Shown here: positions 16,084 through 18,719 of the stretch, piece by piece | How the letters are laid out: each line of letters starts with the position of its first letter | How positions within the stretch are numbered: position 1 is the first letter of the stretch | Assembly (NCBI GenBank): GCA_029856435.1 | Contig: JAHQXB010000149.1 | Span: 1 to 18,719 of the forward strand | DNA length: 18,719 nucleotides | Direction: 5' to 3' | Origin: Candidatus Jordarchaeia archaeon | GTDB lineage: Archaea; Asgardarchaeota; Jordiarchaeia; Jordiarchaeales; Jordiarchaeaceae | Notes under the pieces: generated by a model | Seen by the model: only the letters and a program-made list of their open reading frames with translations | The model's database searches: none | What the model was told of the DNA's origin: nothing | Translations under genes and position numbers: made by a program

Positions 16084-18294
16084 TTAAAGGAGAAACATTG
16101 TGGATAGTATCCAGAGTATTTGGGCTGCTCCGTCGCCGGTGGCGACCCCTGCTAGTGCGTTTTGGTATTTCATTTCTTCTTTTTGGTATTGTTCTTTGTT
16201 TGCTTTGTTTATACGGTAGACGTAGTAGTTCAGTATTCCTCCCAAGAACATTGTGGTGGCTATGTATGGCGGTATTATTAAGCCTACCGCCAAGGAGATG
16301 GGGGACCAATCATATTTGGCTAGTGCTAGTCCAACTGCGAAACCGGCGATGAAGAATACTGCGGCGCCTATGGGGATTGCTCCTGCGCCTTGATCGCCAC
16401 CTATGAACCAGCTTTGCAAATAGAAGGGTTTGGATTGTTCGTAAAGGAATTGGAACCAAGTTGCTGTGGGGTCGGTTGGTGTAGTAGGTAGTCCTGCTCC
16501 TGTTCCTCCAAGCCAGAGGGTTCTCAGCTCTACCATGCTCATGAAGAATAGTCCTGTAACTGCGGCTGCTGGTGCAGGAAACTGGGCGGTGCCGAATCCT
16601 CCATATGAGTAGAGTAGCATTATGATGAATGCAGATATGAAGGCGCCGGGAACTATACCTATTAGCATTGATTTTGTGATTATTTTGTCTTTTACTTTTA
16701 GTTCTCGTCCTACTCTGACTCTTGCAATTAGTCTTGCTGCTGATTGTTGCCATGTTCCGAGTATTGTGGTGAAGATGACGATGCTGGGAAGGTTTACGGA
16801 GAATAGTAGGATTGCGGGTACGACTATGGAGTCGGTTAGGTAGTTGGCTGCGATTCCTGCTTCGCCCAGAACAACTGTGAGCCACCATCCGGAGAAGGGA
16901 AGGAGGGGGGTGGTGGCTAAAATTAAGTACCAGGGGACATCGAGAACTTTGATTCCTAAAATATTTTGGCTTAGGGGGTTGTTTGTGTTGAATATTAGCA
17001 TGGTGCCTACAGCAAAAAATGCTACAGATATAATCATTGGAAGTAGTTTCCGCCTATCTACTTGTATTGTTTCTTTGAATCTGGCGGTGGCCAATGTGGT
17101 TGATTGTTTAACTTTTGCTAATCTGCCCATTTTTTCTACTTCCAAGTAGGGGGCGGCTTGTTTGGCGTCGATTTTCCCTTCGGCTGCCGCCTTAATTATC
17201 TGCTCACGAATTTCTTTCATTTTTTTCTGGTCTTCGCGGTATTTTAAGAGATTCTTAATAACTAATTCCCAAGTTATGTAGGATACTAAAACGCCCATAG
17301 AGGTGTAGTAGATCATAGGTAGCATGAAGTGGGTTCCGTAGGTTGCTAGTCGGCTTCCGCCTTCCCAAACAATCCATACAATAATAGACCAAACAGCCCC
17401 CCCGAAAATTACTAATGCTCTTTTCCACCCTACAAAGTATCCTATAGCGCCTATGAGGGGCGAGTTTGCAATTCCTAGAAAGTTGGGGAGGGGACTAGAT
17501 GTCAACCATTGAATGAGGGTCTGCTGCCACTGAGGCAAAGTGCTTAACCACAACGTTTTGAAGGGATTAAGTACGGCTAGCCAACTTGGAGAAACCGAAA
17601 CCGTGGGTAGTTGGAATATATTCTGCTTTGAAGCTACACCCAAAGCGGTGAATATCCCTGTGTATGCTGCTCCCACTCCTATTCCTTTAAGGAGTGTGCG
17701 TTTTGCTTCTTCTACTTCTCCTAGTCCCTCAATGGTTCTGTAAACGGGAACTGCTCCTGGCCATGGTAACTTTAACAACTGTTCTTTTAGTGGGAACACT
17801 AAAAATAGTCCCAGTACTCCCGCAAAGAGGCCTATGGTAATTAGAAGTTCGGGAGTAATTAGGCTATCATACCAGATGTTGCCACTTAGATTTCCAAATA
17901 GGGAATTAACAAAGTAGAATACTGGGTCAAGCTTTCTCTGGCTAATTGTCCAGGAGTAGATGACTATTGCGGGTAAGCTGGCTATCACACCAACACCCAC
18001 TAGAATTGATCCCTCGGCAATGGTGGTAATTATAACATTTTCCTGAGGATTGTATTTTCCTCTAAGTGATAGAAGAATGTATCCCACTAAAACCGAACCG
18101 GCTATGAAGGTGACGCCGGTCTTTAAACTAGTATAGATTGCGAGAAAGACATATAGAGTGCCAACAATGAGGCCGTAAATGATGGCCCGCTTGGTAATGG
18201 GCGACTTAATTTCAGAATCCGTTTCTATGGAAGGATCATGCACAATTTTTCTGGGCAATAAGAATACCACGCACAATTTTTCTGGATATAACAA
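16084..18294 (-). CDS. OPT-family oligopeptide transporter
   Basis: ITKRAIIYG, YTSLKTG, ENVIITT, GVLGLFLVFPLKEQL..LPWPG, FPAPAA and ALAGVATGDG, with many TM helices. The likely start is GTG at 18243, given the TATA position. Confidence 0.85.
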   Translation of the reverse strand: MLYPEKLCVVFLLPRKIVHDPSIETDSEIKSPITKRAIIYGLIVGTLYVFLAIYTSLKTGVTFIAGSVLVGYILLSLRGKYNPQENVIITTIAEGSILVGVGVIASLPAIVIYSWTISQRKLDPVFYFVNSLFGNLSGNIWYDSLITPELLITIGLFAGVLGLFLVFPLKEQLLKLPWPGAVPVYRTIEGLGEVEEAKRTLLKGIGVGAAYTGIFTALGVASKQNIFQLPTVSVSPSWLAVLNPFKTLWLSTLPQWQQTLIQWLTSSPLPNFLGIANSPLIGAIGYFVGWKRALVIFGGAVWSIIVWIVWEGGSRLATYGTHFMLPMIYYTSMGVLVSYITWELVIKNLLKYREDQKKMKEIREQIIKAAAEGKIDAKQAAPYLEVEKMGRLAKVKQSTTLATARFKETIQVDRRKLLPMIISVAFFAVGTMLIFNTNNPLSQNILGIKVLDVPWYLILATTPLLPFSGWWLTVVLGEAGIAANYLTDSIVVPAILLFSVNLPSIVIFTTILGTWQQSAARLIARVRVGRELKVKDKIITKSMLIGIVPGAFISAFIIMLLYSYGGFGTAQFPAPAAAVTGLFFMSMVELRTLWLGGTGAGLPTTPTDPTATWFQFLYEQSKPFYLQSWFIGGDQGAGAIPIGAAVFFIAGFAVGLALAKYDWSPISLAVGLIIPPYIATTMFLGGILNYYVYRINKANKEQYQKEEMKYQNALAGVATGDGAAQILWILSTMFLL
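18240..18285. repeat. Exact 15-bp direct repeat GCACAATTTTTCTGG, two copies (18240-18254 and 18271-18285)
   Basis: Read directly from the sequence; 31-bp period. Confidence 0.9.
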
Positions 18295-18310
18295 ATCCTA
18301 CTTGCACACG

Positions 18311-18326
18311 TCTATAAAGGTTTTTC
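18311..18326 (-). promoter_or_regulatory. BRE/TATA promoter of the OPT gene
   Basis: Minus strand GAAAAACCTTTATAGA. Confidence 0.6.
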
Positions 18327-18719
18327 TTTGAGGAAATTTTTAGGGAGGAGGCGTCTAATAGTCAAAGCATGAAAAACAAACTAGGTGAGATGGGGGCAAT
18401 AGCTCAAAAAATGTTGAAAAAATTAAATCTAGGAAGAGTTTTCAAGTATGTCGAGACTCTTTTGCTTAGTCTTTTTTGTGGTAACCCACCGGTCCATATC
18501 ACCATCTATGAAAAACTTCTCGCGCCCTAGTGGAGGGTCACTGGAAACTGCTGAAGAAAGCCATAAGCAACACCCTCATCAGGAGCGCCTCAGAAATCCG
18601 CTACAAACTCACCCACCACATAGACAATGTACTGAAAGGAAACGCGGAAAGCTTGATGAAAGCCACACAAAAACAGTTCCAAACAACTGATACAAAAGCT
18701 TACTGAAGCACTATGTATA

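Noticed and set aside
277-17743. Short shadow ORFs opposite or inside the called genes (e.g. 277-501, 700-936, 12995-13777, 15524-16352, 16310-16888)
   Set aside because: They are antisense or alternative-frame overlaps of well-supported genes. Long open shadows are expected from the skewed codon usage.
1-18719. Mobile elements, integrases, CRISPR arrays, rRNA or defence systems
   Set aside because: No transposase or integrase motifs, att duplications of tRNA ends, repeat-spacer arrays or rRNA-like sequence were seen.

Overview
Archaeal chromosomal window, most likely from a TACK or Asgard lineage. This rests on an Rpo8 RNA polymerase subunit, bulge-helix-bulge (BHB) tRNA introns, BRE/TATA promoters, an ADP-forming acyl-CoA ligase alpha subunit and a stand-alone tRNA-Ala(UGC). 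The left part is metabolic: a CYTH/class IV adenylate cyclase, ACD alpha, a HisC-like aminotransferase, two SAM methyltransferases, two GT4 glycosyltransferases, a Sir2 deacylase, a hypothetical protein and a decayed phytoene-desaturase-family oxidoreductase. The right part has a coiled-coil protein, a small membrane protein, rpo8, a four-tRNA cluster, an HTH-less tandem Lrp/AsnC ligand-binding protein and an OPT transporter. The main discovery is absent from the ORF track. At 14411-15246, four tRNA genes (Gly-TCC, Phe-GAA, Val-GAC, Ala-TGC) carry seven BHB introns, all non-canonical and none at 37/38. tRNA-Phe is split by three introns (9/10, 30/31, 53/54). Two of them are about 80% identical copies inserted at similar exon target sites, which looks like intron transposition within one gene. 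Its leader also holds an exact copy of the acceptor 5' strand that may act as a folding decoy. All structures and alignments were read by hand; no database searches were run.
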